DNA from: Guyparkeria sp.
GTDB lineage: Bacteria > Pseudomonadota > Gammaproteobacteria > Halothiobacillales > Halothiobacillaceae
Assembly (NCBI GenBank): GCA_041690375.1
Contig: JAWLHL010000005.1
Location: 8,528-72,527, forward strand
Reading direction: 5' to 3'
DNA: 64,000 nt
The notes under the pieces are model-generated. The model was not told where the DNA came from and did not search any database. It saw only the letters and a list, made by a program, of their open reading frames with translations. Position numbers and translations under genes: made by a program. Positions 34,632 to 44,263 of this stretch are shown one piece after another. Within the stretch, counting starts at the first letter, position 1, and every line of letters begins with the position of its first letter.

Positions 34632-35255
34632 TTATATCAGGCGCTTTCCGGTTGCCACCAGATACACCTCGCGCGAGCGCGGTCGCGAAGCCTTGGGCTT
34701 GCGGACCACCACCCGGTCGAACCGTTGGCGGACCTCCCTGACGTACTCGTCGAACCCCTCCCCCTGAAAGAGCTTGGTGACGAAGGCACCCTTCACCTTC
34801 AGCATCCGATCACAGAAGTCCAGGGCAAGTTCCGCAAGATACATCGAACGGGGGATGTCCACCGAGTCCAGACCACTCATGTTGGGGGCCATGTCGGAAA
34901 GCACAAGGTCGACTTCCGTCTCGCCCAGGGCGGCCTCGAGTTCCTCGAGCACCGCGTCCTCGGTGAAGTCGCCCTGCAGCACGGTGGTATGGGCGAAGTG
35001 ATCCATGGGCAGGAGATCGAGGGCGAACACGTGTCCCTTCGCCCCCACCACCTGGGCGGCGTACTGCGTCCAGCCGCCCGGGGCGGCGCCGAGATCGACC
35101 ACGGTCATGCCGGGTCGCAGGAAACGGTCGCGCTCGTTGAGCTCGATGAGCTTGTAGACGGCGCGCGAGCGCCAGCCCTCGCGCTGGGCCTTCTGCACGA
35201 ATTCATCGCGGAAATGTTCGGCAAGCCAACGCTTGCTACTGACCGAACGCGCCAT
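34632..35255 (-). CDS. rlmE: 23S rRNA Um2552 methyltransferase
   Basis: [39 protein letters not shown]. Confidence 0.97.
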   Translation of the reverse strand: MARSVSSKRWLAEHFRDEFVQKAQREGWRSRAVYKLIELNERDRFLRPGMTVVDLGAAPGGWTQYAAQVVGAKGHVFALDLLPMDHFAHTTVLQGDFTEDAVLEELEAALGETEVDLVLSDMAPNMSGLDSVDIPRSMYLAELALDFCDRMLKVKGAFVTKLFQGEGFDEYVREVRQRFDRVVVRKPKASRPRSREVYLVATGKRLI

Positions 35256-35371
35256 GCAAGTCTCCAGAAGCGAAAAAACCGGGGGCTGATCAGGGAAGAT
35301 CCGTGCGATTATCCCCGATTGCCCCCGGCCGCCCAAATGGCCGTCGCCCGACACGACGACGTGTCAGTCGA

Positions 35372-35854
35372 TCAGTGCATGTGACCGTGACCTCCCGTGG
35401 CCTTCTCGCGGGGCGTCACCGGCGCCTCCACCTCGAGGTGGCCGCCATCGCCCAGGCCGAGGTCGATCACGACCGTCTCGCCTTCCTCCAGCGACCGCTC
35501 CGGCCCGATCAGCATCACGTGGTAGCCGCCCGGCGCCAGCCGGACCGTCTCGCCGGCCGGCACCGTGATCCGGTCCTGCTCGATCATGCGGTGCATGCCA
35601 TCCTCGTTGACCGACTCGTGCAGCTCCACCTTCTTGAAGCCGGCGGCGTCGGCCGAGACCACGTCGACCGCCTCGTCACCGGGATTGTGCAGCTCCATGA
35701 AGGCCGCCGTGGCATGCGCCCCCGGCGGCGCCAGCGCCACCCAGGGATTCTGCACGTCGAGCTCGGCGGCCTGGGCCGCGCCGGCACTCGCCAGCAGTGC
35801 GGCACCCAGCAGTCGGCTCGCGAATCGACCAGCCGGAAAATGCATCATCTTCAT
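35372..35854 (-). CDS. Copper chaperone PCu(A)C
   Basis: Signal peptide, VELHE...GMHRM, LAPGGYHVML, His/Met tail GGHGHMH. Confidence 0.92.
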   Translation of the reverse strand: MKMMHFPAGRFASRLLGAALLASAGAAQAAELDVQNPWVALAPPGAHATAAFMELHNPGDEAVDVVSADAAGFKKVELHESVNEDGMHRMIEQDRITVPAGETVRLAPGGYHVMLIGPERSLEEGETVVIDLGLGDGGHLEVEAPVTPREKATGGHGHMH

Positions 35855-36495
35855 CGCTTCTCTACCTCTGACATGAAATCCTCAAGCATATCCACGATCG
35901 CGCCGCTGTCGTGCGGGCCCGGCAGCAACGCCAGCATCCGTCCCTTCGGATCGATCAGGCGGAAGCTCGTGTCGTGATCGACGTTGTAACCGATCTCGCC
36001 CTCCTCGTGCGGCTCGATCCGGTAGCCGGCCTTGACGGTCGAGGTGATCGAGTCGATCGCCTCCCGCGAGCCGGTCACCGGCAAGAACACCTCCGAGTAG
36101 AACGCCGTGTACTTGGCCAGGTGAGCCGGACTGTCCCGCTCCGGGTCGACGGAAAGGAACACCACCTGCCAGTCGAATTCCGGCAGCCGCTCCTCGAGTG
36201 ACGGCAGGATGCGCGACAGCTGCCCGAGTTCGGTGGGACAGACGTCCGGGCAATAGCTGTAGCCCGTGTAGAAGATCGTCCAGCGTCCCTCGAGGAGCTC
36301 GTCGGTCGACACGGTGCCGTCCTCGGACTCCAGCTCCACGTCGGGCAGGGGAATGGGCTGCTCCGGCGTACGCAGCACCAGCTGGTCGGGCGTCTCGTAG
36401 CTGGCCAGCCAGCTTTCGGCGTCCTCGTCGGACGAGCAGCCCGGAAGCAGCGGAAGGAAAAGCAGGGGAAACAGCAGAATGCGGATCGTGCGCAT
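35851..36495 (-). CDS. SCO1/SenC family copper-binding lipoprotein
   Basis: Lipobox-like LLPGC, GYSYCPDVCP, SVDPERDS, YNVDH; start MRTIR at 36495. Confidence 0.93.
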   Translation of the reverse strand: MRTIRILLFPLLFLPLLPGCSSDEDAESWLASYETPDQLVLRTPEQPIPLPDVELESEDGTVSTDELLEGRWTIFYTGYSYCPDVCPTELGQLSRILPSLEERLPEFDWQVVFLSVDPERDSPAHLAKYTAFYSEVFLPVTGSREAIDSITSTVKAGYRIEPHEEGEIGYNVDHDTSFRLIDPKGRMLALLPGPHDSGAIVDMLEDFMSEVEKR

Positions 36496-36566
36496 GAGTC
36501 GAGACGTCCCGGATTGGCCGGCAGGAATGTAGCCGTTAAACTGCCGTTCAATCCGCGCCGGATCAA

Positions 36567-36582
36567 TGTGTGATTTCACACA
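36567..36582. promoter_or_regulatory. Palindromic operator candidate in the sco/yhbY divergent spacer
   Basis: TGTGTGA-TT-TCACACA, perfect 7-bp arms. Confidence 0.5.
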
Positions 36583-36630
36583 ATCGCCCCGGCGCGGGCA
36601 CCGCCCGTCCACCCAGGAAGCCAGACCGAC

Positions 36631-36939
36631 ATGACCCTTACCGCCCGGCAGAGACAGTATCTTCGTTCTGAAGCCCATCATCTCAAGCCCGTGGTCCTGC
36701 TCGGCCAGCACGGGCTCACGGATGCGGTGCTCGCCGAGATCGACCAGGCCCTGGAGATCCACGAGCTGATCAAGGTACGCATCCCCGGCGTGGATCGCGA
36801 GGACAAGCGCGAGATCACCGAGGCGATCACGGAGTCCACCGGGGCGACGCTCGTGCAGACCGTGGGGCACGTCGCCGTGCTCTTTCGCCCCCGGCAGAAA
36901 AACTCCGAGTACACCCTCCCCCGCGCCAAGGGAAGATGA
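36631..36939 (+). CDS. yhbY: Ribosome assembly RNA-binding protein YhbY (CRM domain)
   Basis: LRSEAHHLKPVVLLGQHGL, HELIKV, VQTVGH. Confidence 0.95.
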   Translation: MTLTARQRQYLRSEAHHLKPVVLLGQHGLTDAVLAEIDQALEIHELIKVRIPGVDREDKREITEAITESTGATLVQTVGHVAVLFRPRQKNSEYTLPRAKGR

Positions 36940-37616
36940 TCCCGCTGCTCGGAGCCGACCCGAGCGGGTTTCCGCCCACCTCCTGGGCGCTCGACGAGCC
37001 CAACGGCCTTCTGGCCGCCGGTGGCGACCTCTCGGTGGAGCGGCTGCTGGCCGCCTACTGCCGGGGCATCTTCCCCTGGTTCAGCCGGGGCGACCCGATC
37101 CTGTGGTGGAGCCCTGACCCCCGCACCCTGTTCGAGCCCGATCGGTTCCACGTCTCCCGCAGCCTGGCCAAGTGGCGCCGCCAGCAACGCTACCGGGTGA
37201 CGGCGGACACCGCCTTCGCCGCCGTGGTGGACGGCTGCGCCGCGCCGCGGGGCGACGACCCGGAGACCTGGATCGTCCCCGAGATGCGCGAGGCCTTCGT
37301 CGCCCTGCACGAGGCCGGGCATGCCCGTTCCGTGGAAGTCTGGGACGGCTCGAAACTGGTCGGCGGCCTGTTCGGCACGCAGATCGGACGGGCCGCCTTC
37401 GGCGAGTCCATGTTCAGCCGGGCGCCCAACGCCTCGAAGTTCGCCCTGGCCGCCATCCTCGTCGACGGCATCTGGGGGGACATCGACTTCCTCGACACGC
37501 AGTTCAGCACCGCCCACCTGCTGGGCCTCGGTGCCGAGGAAGTGTCCCGTGACGAATTCCGGCGGCGGCTCGCCGCCGCCACGGCGGACACGGGCATCTG
37601 TGATAAAACCTCCTGA
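36936..37616 (+). CDS. aat: Leucyl/phenylalanyl-tRNA-protein transferase
   Basis: EPNGLLAAGGDLS, GIFPWFS...WWSPDPR, FGESMFS, ASK. Confidence 0.96.
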   Translation: MIPLLGADPSGFPPTSWALDEPNGLLAAGGDLSVERLLAAYCRGIFPWFSRGDPILWWSPDPRTLFEPDRFHVSRSLAKWRRQQRYRVTADTAFAAVVDGCAAPRGDDPETWIVPEMREAFVALHEAGHARSVEVWDGSKLVGGLFGTQIGRAAFGESMFSRAPNASKFALAAILVDGIWGDIDFLDTQFSTAHLLGLGAEEVSRDEFRRRLAAATADTGICDKTS

Positions 37617-37617
37617 A

Positions 37618-38016
37618 GGAAACTCTGCACGATTCGATGGCATCTCTGGCTAGCGGGTTTGTTCGCTTTTCTGGCGCCGGACCGAAGACGGGCTCATTGC
37701 CCGTCGAGGGACGGCAACGACGAGTGCGGGCAAACCCGCAAGCCCCGTCTGGGTGAACCGGGACCGGAGCGACTCAGCGTCGCTCCGCAGCGCGGTGAAC
37801 GCGGAGCCTCGCGGAGCTGGAACGGGCCTCCAAGGGCCCATCTGCGACGTCGCTGGGTTCGTCCGTGAGCACCGACGTTCGGGCCGGCTCGCGCCGGCCT
37901 CCTGCCGATCCGGTCCAGCCCTTGTAAAGGGCGACGGCCCTTCACGGCGGACTGCGCCTTGCATCTGGGCCCTTGGAGGTCCCGCTTCAGACGTCATCGA
38001 ATCGTGCAGAGTTTCC
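37618..38016. mobile_element. 399-bp MITE-like element with IS5-like termini (copy C)
   Basis: Perfect 22-bp TIR GGAAACTCTGCACGATTCGATG (37618-37639 / 37995-38016), perfect 4-bp TSD TGAA (37614-37617, 38017-38020), several internal stems, no transposase. Confidence 0.9.
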
Positions 38017-38090
38017 TGAATGCACGGGGCCCTCGCCACCGGATGGCGACGGGCTCCCCAAACGACTCTGACAAGGAAAGGGAACCTGCC

Positions 38091-40088
38091 GTGCAAGCCG
38101 ATACCACAGGCATCCTGCTGACACTCCTCCTGATCTCCGTGGTCGCCGTGGTGGCGCTGCGCCGGGTCAACCTGCCGGCCATCCTCGGCTACCTGGCCGT
38201 GGGCGTGCTCGCCGGACCTCACGCGCTCGGCCTGGTCCGGGACATCCACGACATCCACCTGATCGCCGAATTCGGGGTGGTGTTCCTGCTGTTCATGCTC
38301 GGCCTGGAATTCTCGCTACCCCGGCTGGTGGCGATGCGCCGGGCCGTGGTGGGCATGGGTGGCGCGCAGGTGCTGCTGACCGCGATCATCACCGGCGGCA
38401 CGGCGCTGATGATGGGGTTCTCGCCGGCCGCGGCCTTCACCCTCGCCGGGGTGATGACCGTCTCGTCCACCGCCATCGTCATCCGCCAGCTCGGCGAACA
38501 GCTCGAGATCAACTCCCGTCACGGCAACAACGCCGTCGGCATCCTGCTGTTCCAGGACCTGGCGGTCATCCCGTTCCTGATCATCATCCCGGTGCTGGGC
38601 CTGTCGGGTGCGACGGGGGATGCCGGCAACCTGACCCTCGAGATCACCCTGACACTCGGGGCCGGGGTGCTCGCCGCCATCGGCCTGTTCTTCGGCGGGC
38701 GCTGGGTGCTCCGACCGCTGTTCCACGAGATCGCCAAGTCGCGCTCGGCCGAGCTGTTCACGCTGGCGGTCCTGCTCACCGTGCTCGGCGCCGGCTGGCT
38801 GACCAACACCGCTGGGCTGTCCTGGGAACTGGGCGCGTTCCTCGCCGGCATCGCGCTGTCCGAGACGCAGTACAAGCACCAGATCGAGGCCGACATCCGG
38901 CCCTTCCGCGACGTCCTGCTGGGCCTGTTCTTCATCACGATCGGCATGATGCTCAACGTGGGGGGACTGCCGGAGATCTTCCATTGGGTGCTGGTCTTCC
39001 TCGGGATCCTGATCCTGGCCAAGACCCTGATCATCTTCCTGATCGGTCGCGCCATGGGCGAGGCGCCGGGCGTGGCGTTGCGCACCGGGCTGGTGCTGGC
39101 CCAGGGCGGCGAGTTCGGCTTCGCCATGCTCTCGATCGCCAACCCGGAGCTGATGAGCGCAAGCGAACGCCAGATCGTGCTCGCCACCGTGATCTTCTCG
39201 ATGGTGCTCACCCCGATCCTGGTCAAGTACAACGGCCTGATCGCCAAGTACCTGGTGCCCGGTTACGCCCGCGGACGGCGGGAACACGCCGTCGAGATCC
39301 GGCAGGACACCAGCGACCTCACCGGTCACGTCGTCATCTGCGGCTTCGGCCGGGTCGGCCAGAACGTCGCCCGGCTGCTGGGAAGCGAGGGCATCGACTA
39401 CACCGCCATCGAGGTCGATCCCGACATCGTCCAGCAGGCCAACCAGGCCGGCCTGCGCGTCTACTTCGGCAACTCCACCCACCTGGACATCCTGCAGTCG
39501 GCCGGTCTCGAACGGGCCCGGGCGCTGGTACTGACGCACCTCGACGATACCTCGACGATCAAGACCATCGAGATCGTGCGCGGGGTCAACCGCGACATCC
39601 CGATCATCGTGCGTACCCGTACCGACGAGTTCCTCGACCGGATCCACGAGGCCGGCGCCACCGAGGTGGTCGCCAGCGTCTACGAGATGAGCCTCGCGCT
39701 GGGTGGCCACCTCCTGCGCACGCTCCGCGTACCGGTCACCAAGATCCTGCGCCAGATCGAGGAGATCCGTGCCGAGGACTACGCCCCCCTCCGGCATACC
39801 TTCCATGGCGACCGGGCGCGCGACGAGAACGATTTCATCCCGCTGGCACCCCGGACCCTCAAGAACGTCACCCTGGTGCCCGGCGCGAGGTCCGTCGGCC
39901 GGCGACTGGCAGACGTGCTGCCGCAGGACGGCTCGGTGGTCGTCGATGCGATCAACCGCCACGGAATAAGGGGGGAGAGCCCCGACGCGGACGTGGTGCT
40001 GCTGGAAGACGACGTGCTGACCCTCTATGGCGCGCCCGAGGCCCTCGACGCGGCAGAGGAGCGGCTGCTGGCCGGCCGACCGGGCTGA
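38091..40088 (+). CDS. CPA2 monovalent cation:proton antiporter with TrkA-N and TrkA-C domains (Kef/YbaL-like)
   Basis: AEFGVVFLLFMLGLEFS, ILLFQD, PFRDVLLGLFF, QGGEF, ICGFGRVG; GTG start after AAGGAAAGGG. Confidence 0.93.
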   Translation: MQADTTGILLTLLLISVVAVVALRRVNLPAILGYLAVGVLAGPHALGLVRDIHDIHLIAEFGVVFLLFMLGLEFSLPRLVAMRRAVVGMGGAQVLLTAIITGGTALMMGFSPAAAFTLAGVMTVSSTAIVIRQLGEQLEINSRHGNNAVGILLFQDLAVIPFLIIIPVLGLSGATGDAGNLTLEITLTLGAGVLAAIGLFFGGRWVLRPLFHEIAKSRSAELFTLAVLLTVLGAGWLTNTAGLSWELGAFLAGIALSETQYKHQIEADIRPFRDVLLGLFFITIGMMLNVGGLPEIFHWVLVFLGILILAKTLIIFLIGRAMGEAPGVALRTGLVLAQGGEFGFAMLSIANPELMSASERQIVLATVIFSMVLTPILVKYNGLIAKYLVPGYARGRREHAVEIRQDTSDLTGHVVICGFGRVGQNVARLLGSEGIDYTAIEVDPDIVQQANQAGLRVYFGNSTHLDILQSAGLERARALVLTHLDDTSTIKTIEIVRGVNRDIPIIVRTRTDEFLDRIHEAGATEVVASVYEMSLALGGHLLRTLRVPVTKILRQIEEIRAEDYAPLRHTFHGDRARDENDFIPLAPRTLKNVTLVPGARSVGRRLADVLPQDGSVVVDAINRHGIRGESPDADVVLLEDDVLTLYGAPEALDAAEERLLAGRPG

Positions 40089-40210
40089 GAGAGCGCCGTC
40101 GGCCGATCAGGCCGTACGTGCACCGACGGCGCAAATGGGCCACAATCTCCGCCTTCCACGCGCCGTCGGCGCGGGTTCCAGCCTGCACGCCATTTCGCCA
40201 AGTACCTGTC

Positions 40211-43200
40211 ATGAGCGATTCGAAGCCCGTCCCCGCCCAACCGAAGAACTCCGGCGACCCGATCTACCTGCGCGCGCGCACCGAACTGGGCCGCGCCCTG
40301 GCAATTGGCCTGTGCGGGGAGACGGCCGACCGGCCACTGCTGGCGGTTCTGCCCGACAGCCGCCAGGTGAACGACGCGCGGACGGCGCTGGCCTTTCTCG
40401 GCATCGAGGCCTCGGTCTTCCCCGACTGGGAAGTGCTGCCCTATGACCGCTTCTCGCCCCACCAGGACCTGATCTCCGACCGACTCTCCCGCCTGTGGCG
40501 CCTGCCGCGGGAGTCCTCCGGGGTGACCCTTATCGCCGCGCCGACACTGCTGCAACGGCTGCCGCCACCGGCATTCGTCGCCGGCCAGGGCATGGTGCTG
40601 GAAGTGGGCCAGACGCTCGACCGGGAGGCCTACCGTCGGCAGCTCGAGTCCGCCGGTTACAGCCTCGTCTCCCAGGTGCAGCAGCACGGCGAGTACGCCC
40701 TGCGGGGCGGCCTGATCGACGTCTTCCCCATGGGTGCCGAGGAGCCGGTGCGCATCGACCTGTTCGACGACGAGATCGAGACCCTGCGCCACTTCGACCC
40801 CGAATCGCAGCGTTCCACCGAGACGGTCAAAGAGATCACCCTGCTGCCGGCCCGCGAATACCCGCTGACCGACAAGGGCATCCGCAGCTTCCGCCAGAAC
40901 TGGCGCAACACCTTCGCCGGCGACCCCACGCGTTCGCCCATCTATCGACAGGTCTCCGAGGGACTGGTGCCGGCGGGCATCGAGAGCTACCTGCCGCTGT
41001 TCTTCGACGAGACCGCCACGCTGTTCGACTACCTGCCGGAGACGTCGCGACTGCTGGTCTTCGACGGCGTGCCGGGGGCGATCGAGCGCTTCGTCGACGA
41101 GACCACCGCACGCTACACCCAGCGGTCGGGTGACATCGACCACCCCATCCTGCGCCCCGAGGCGCTCTACCAGACCCCCGAGGAATTCGAGGAACGCATC
41201 CGGGCCCGCCCGCGCTGGCAACTGGTCGCCGGTGACGACGAGCGATTCCCCCAGTCCGCGGATCTCGGCGACCGCCCCCTGCCCGATCTCTCGACCGGCA
41301 GCGCCTCTCACGACGCCGTCATCGCCCGGCTGGACGCGTTCGCCCGCGAATTCGACGGCCGACTCCTGCTGGTCGCCGAGAGCAGCGGTCGTCGCCAGGC
41401 ACTCATCGAGCAGACCACGGCCGCGGGCCTGCCGACCGTGCCGGTCGACGGCTGGGCGACCCGGGCGGAACTGCAACCGGGCCGTCCCGGCGTGGCGGTG
41501 GCCGAACTGGAGCACGGCGCAATCCTGCCGTCGGACGACGGCGCGGTGGCGGTGGTCAGCGAGATCGACCTGTTCGCCGAACGCGTCGCCCAGCGCCGGG
41601 CGCGCTCCCGTCGCGGCCGGGATGCCGACGCGATCATCCAGAACCTCGACGACCTAGCCATCGGCGCGCCGGTGGTCCACGAGGACCACGGCGTGGGCCG
41701 CTTCCAGGGACTGGTCACGCTGGAGATGAACGGCCAGCCGCAGGAATACCTGCTGCTGACCTACGCCGACGACGACAAGCTCTACGTGCCGGTCTCGGGG
41801 CTGGAGCGCATCTCGCGATACACCGGCGGCTCCGAGGAGACCGCGCCACTGCACCGGCTGGGTTCCGGGCAGTGGGAGAAGGCGAAAAAGCGTGCCGCCA
41901 GGCAGGTCCACGACGTCGCCGCCGAGTTGCTGGACATCCACGCCCGTCGCGCGGCGCGCAAGGGTACGGCAATGCCGGTCGATCAGCGCGACTACCGGCG
42001 CTTCGCCGAGGACTTCGCCTTCGAGCCCACCGACGACCAGCGTCTCGCCATCGAGCAGGTGCTCGCCGACATGGAGTCCGCCCAGCCGATGGACCGGGTG
42101 GTCTGCGGCGACGTCGGCTTCGGCAAGACCGAGGTGGCCATGCGCGCGGCCTTCGTCGCGGTGGAGAACGGCGCGCAGGTCGCCGTGCTGGTGCCCACCA
42201 CGCTGCTCGCCGAGCAGCACCTGAGGAACTTCCGCGACCGCTTCGCCGACTGGCCGGTGACCATCGAGAGCCTCTCGCGCCTGTCGGGGGGCAGGAAGAC
42301 CGCCGAGCTGCGCGAGCGGATCAAGGCAGGCCAGGTCGACATCGTCATCGGCACGCACAAGCTGCTGCGCGACTCGCCCGAGTTCGCCAATCTGGGACTC
42401 GTGATCATCGACGAGGAACAGCGCTTCGGCGTGCGCGACAAGGAACGCCTCAAGGCGCTGCGCGCCGAGGTGGACATGCTCACGCTCACCGCCACGCCCA
42501 TCCCGCGCACGCTCAACATGGCGCTCTCGGGCATCCGCGATCTCTCCATCATCGCCACCCCGCCGCGCGAGCGCCTGGCGGTCAAGACCGTCGTCCTCCG
42601 GTGGGACGAGGTGCAGATCCGCGAGGCGATCCAGCGCGAGCTCAAGCGCGGCGGGCAGGTGTACTTCCTGCACAACGAGGTCAAGAGCATCGACCGCATG
42701 GCCCGCCTGGTCGAGGAGATCGTCCCCGAGGCGCGGGTGAACGTCGCCCACGGGCAGATGGGCGAGCGCGGACTCGAGCAGGTGATGTCGGACTTCTACC
42801 ACCAGCGCTTCAACGTGCTGGTCTCGACCACCATCATCGAGTCGGGGATCGACATCCCCACGGCCAACACCATCCTGATCCACCGCGCCGACAAGTTCGG
42901 CCTGGCCCAGCTCCACCAGTTGCGCGGACGGGTGGGCCGTTCACATCACCGCGCCTACGCCTACCTGATCACCCCGGAGCCGGGCCAGCTCACCCCGGAT
43001 GCGCAGAAGCGCCTCGAGGCGATCGCCGCGCTGGAGGACCTGGGCGTGGGCTTCACGCTCTCCACCCACGACCTGGAGATCCGCGGCGCCGGCGAACTGC
43101 TGGGCTCGGGGCAGTCCGGGCAGATGCACGAGGTCGGCTACCGCTACTACATGCAGTTGCTGGACCGGGCGGTCGCCGCCATCCGCGAGGGACGCGAGCC

Positions 43201-43687
43201 GGCACTCGACGCGCCGATGCCGACGTCGAGCACCGAGGTCGACCTGGGCGAGCCCGCGCTGATCCCCGAGGATTATGTCGCCGACGTCCATACCCGCCTG
43301 ACGCTCTACAAGCGCCTGTCCACCGCCGAGAGCGACGAGGCGCTCGACGAGCTCAAGGTCGAGCTGATCGACCGCTTCGGCCTCCTGCCCGAGCCGGTCA
43401 TCGCCCTGGTCGAGACCCACCGGCTGCGCATCCGAGCCCGCGATCTCGGCATCCGCAAGCTCGAACTCACCGCCCGGGGCGGCCGCCTGGTCTTCGGCGG
43501 GAACGCCCGCGTCGATCCGGCCAGGCTGGTGGCGGCCGTCCAGGCCGATCCGCAGACCTACCGCCTGTCGGCCGACACCCTGCGCTTCACCCGGGAAATG
43601 CCCGCGCTCGAGGAACGGCTGGAGACCATCCGCGCCCTGCTCGATGACGTGGCCCTGCCCCGGAAAGATACCGAGACCGTGACATGA
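40211..43687 (+). CDS. mfd: Transcription-repair coupling factor
   Basis: PDWEVLPYD, VVHEDHGVG, CGDVGFGKT, DEEQRFG, QLRGRVGR, TRCF C-terminal domain. Confidence 0.98.
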   Translation: MSDSKPVPAQPKNSGDPIYLRARTELGRALAIGLCGETADRPLLAVLPDSRQVNDARTALAFLGIEASVFPDWEVLPYDRFSPHQDLISDRLSRLWRLPRESSGVTLIAAPTLLQRLPPPAFVAGQGMVLEVGQTLDREAYRRQLESAGYSLVSQVQQHGEYALRGGLIDVFPMGAEEPVRIDLFDDEIETLRHFDPESQRSTETVKEITLLPAREYPLTDKGIRSFRQNWRNTFAGDPTRSPIYRQVSEGLVPAGIESYLPLFFDETATLFDYLPETSRLLVFDGVPGAIERFVDETTARYTQRSGDIDHPILRPEALYQTPEEFEERIRARPRWQLVAGDDERFPQSADLGDRPLPDLSTGSASHDAVIARLDAFAREFDGRLLLVAESSGRRQALIEQTTAAGLPTVPVDGWATRAELQPGRPGVAVAELEHGAILPSDDGAVAVVSEIDLFAERVAQRRARSRRGRDADAIIQNLDDLAIGAPVVHEDHGVGRFQGLVTLEMNGQPQEYLLLTYADDDKLYVPVSGLERISRYTGGSEETAPLHRLGSGQWEKAKKRAARQVHDVAAELLDIHARRAARKGTAMPVDQRDYRRFAEDFAFEPTDDQRLAIEQVLADMESAQPMDRVVCGDVGFGKTEVAMRAAFVAVENGAQVAVLVPTTLLAEQHLRNFRDRFADWPVTIESLSRLSGGRKTAELRERIKAGQVDIVIGTHKLLRDSPEFANLGLVIIDEEQRFGVRDKERLKALRAEVDMLTLTATPIPRTLNMALSGIRDLSIIATPPRERLAVKTVVLRWDEVQIREAIQRELKRGGQVYFLHNEVKSIDRMARLVEEIVPEARVNVAHGQMGERGLEQVMSDFYHQRFNVLVSTTIIESGIDIPTANTILIHRADKFGLAQLHQLRGRVGRSHHRAYAYLITPEPGQLTPDAQKRLEAIAALEDLGVGFTLSTHDLEIRGAGELLGSGQSGQMHEVGYRYYMQLLDRAVAAIREGREPALDAPMPTSSTEVDLGEPALIPEDYVADVHTRLTLYKRLSTAESDEALDELKVELIDRFGLLPEPVIALVETHRLRIRARDLGIRKLELTARGGRLVFGGNARVDPARLVAAVQADPQTYRLSADTLRFTREMPALEERLETIRALLDDVALPRKDTETVT

Positions 43688-44151
43688 CCGACCAGACCGC
43701 CCCGGCCACCGAGGAACGCCAGCCCGCCGAGACCGCCCCGCTCTGGCGCCGGGCCGCCGCCCTGTTCTACGACCTCCTGTTCGTGATCGCGCTGGTGATC
43801 CTCGCGACCTTCCTCGCCCTGGCCGTCACCCGGGGCGAACCGGTTCCGCCGGAAGGCCCGGCCCAGTGGCTGTACCGGGCCTGGCTGCTGGCCTGGATCG
43901 CGGGCTACTTCGTCTTCTTCTGGTGCCGGTTCGGCCAGACGCCGGGCATGAAGGTATGGCGACTGATGCTGTTGCACCGCTCCTCCGGACACTGCGCCGG
44001 CCCCGCATTGCTGCGGTTCGTCTTCGGCGTGTTCAGCCTCTGTCTCGCCGGCCTGCCCTTCCTCCTCGCGCTGATCGACGGCAAGCGACGGACCTGGATC
44101 GACCGCAAGCTGGACATGCGCGTGGTGAGGCTACTGCCCGTGCCCCGCTGA
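43684..44151 (+). CDS. RDD family membrane protein
   Basis: RRAAALFYD, GQTPGMKVW, terminal WID. Confidence 0.9.
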   Translation: MTDQTAPATEERQPAETAPLWRRAAALFYDLLFVIALVILATFLALAVTRGEPVPPEGPAQWLYRAWLLAWIAGYFVFFWCRFGQTPGMKVWRLMLLHRSSGHCAGPALLRFVFGVFSLCLAGLPFLLALIDGKRRTWIDRKLDMRVVRLLPVPR

Positions 44152-44174
44152 GCGCAGGGACGACGAAAACCAAT

Positions 44175-44214
44175 GAAAAAGCCCCGGGGTTCCCTTCCCG
44201 GGGCTTTCTCGTTT
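44175..44214. terminator. Bidirectional Rho-independent terminator between RDD and ftsZ
   Basis: AAAAAGCCCCGGG...CCCGGGGCTTTCTCGTTT. Confidence 0.85.
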
Positions 44215-44263
44215 CGCCTTGCGAGTGTCGGGCGACCGGGGTGTTCCCGGTCGTCGGCAGTCT

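Noticed and set aside
36852-36862. TCGTGCAGACC in yhbY matching part of the MITE right end
   Set aside because: Only 11 bp, inside intact coding sequence, no partner end.
37650-38258. Short ORFs within the 399-bp element as a possible transposase or peptide
   Set aside because: No DDE or HTH features, low-complexity composition, and the longer ones cross the element boundary.
38984-43687. 1567-aa ORF suggesting a giant Mfd fusion
   Set aside because: The first ~409 codons are an Arg/Pro-rich off-frame read through the antiporter; Mfd plausibly starts at 40211.
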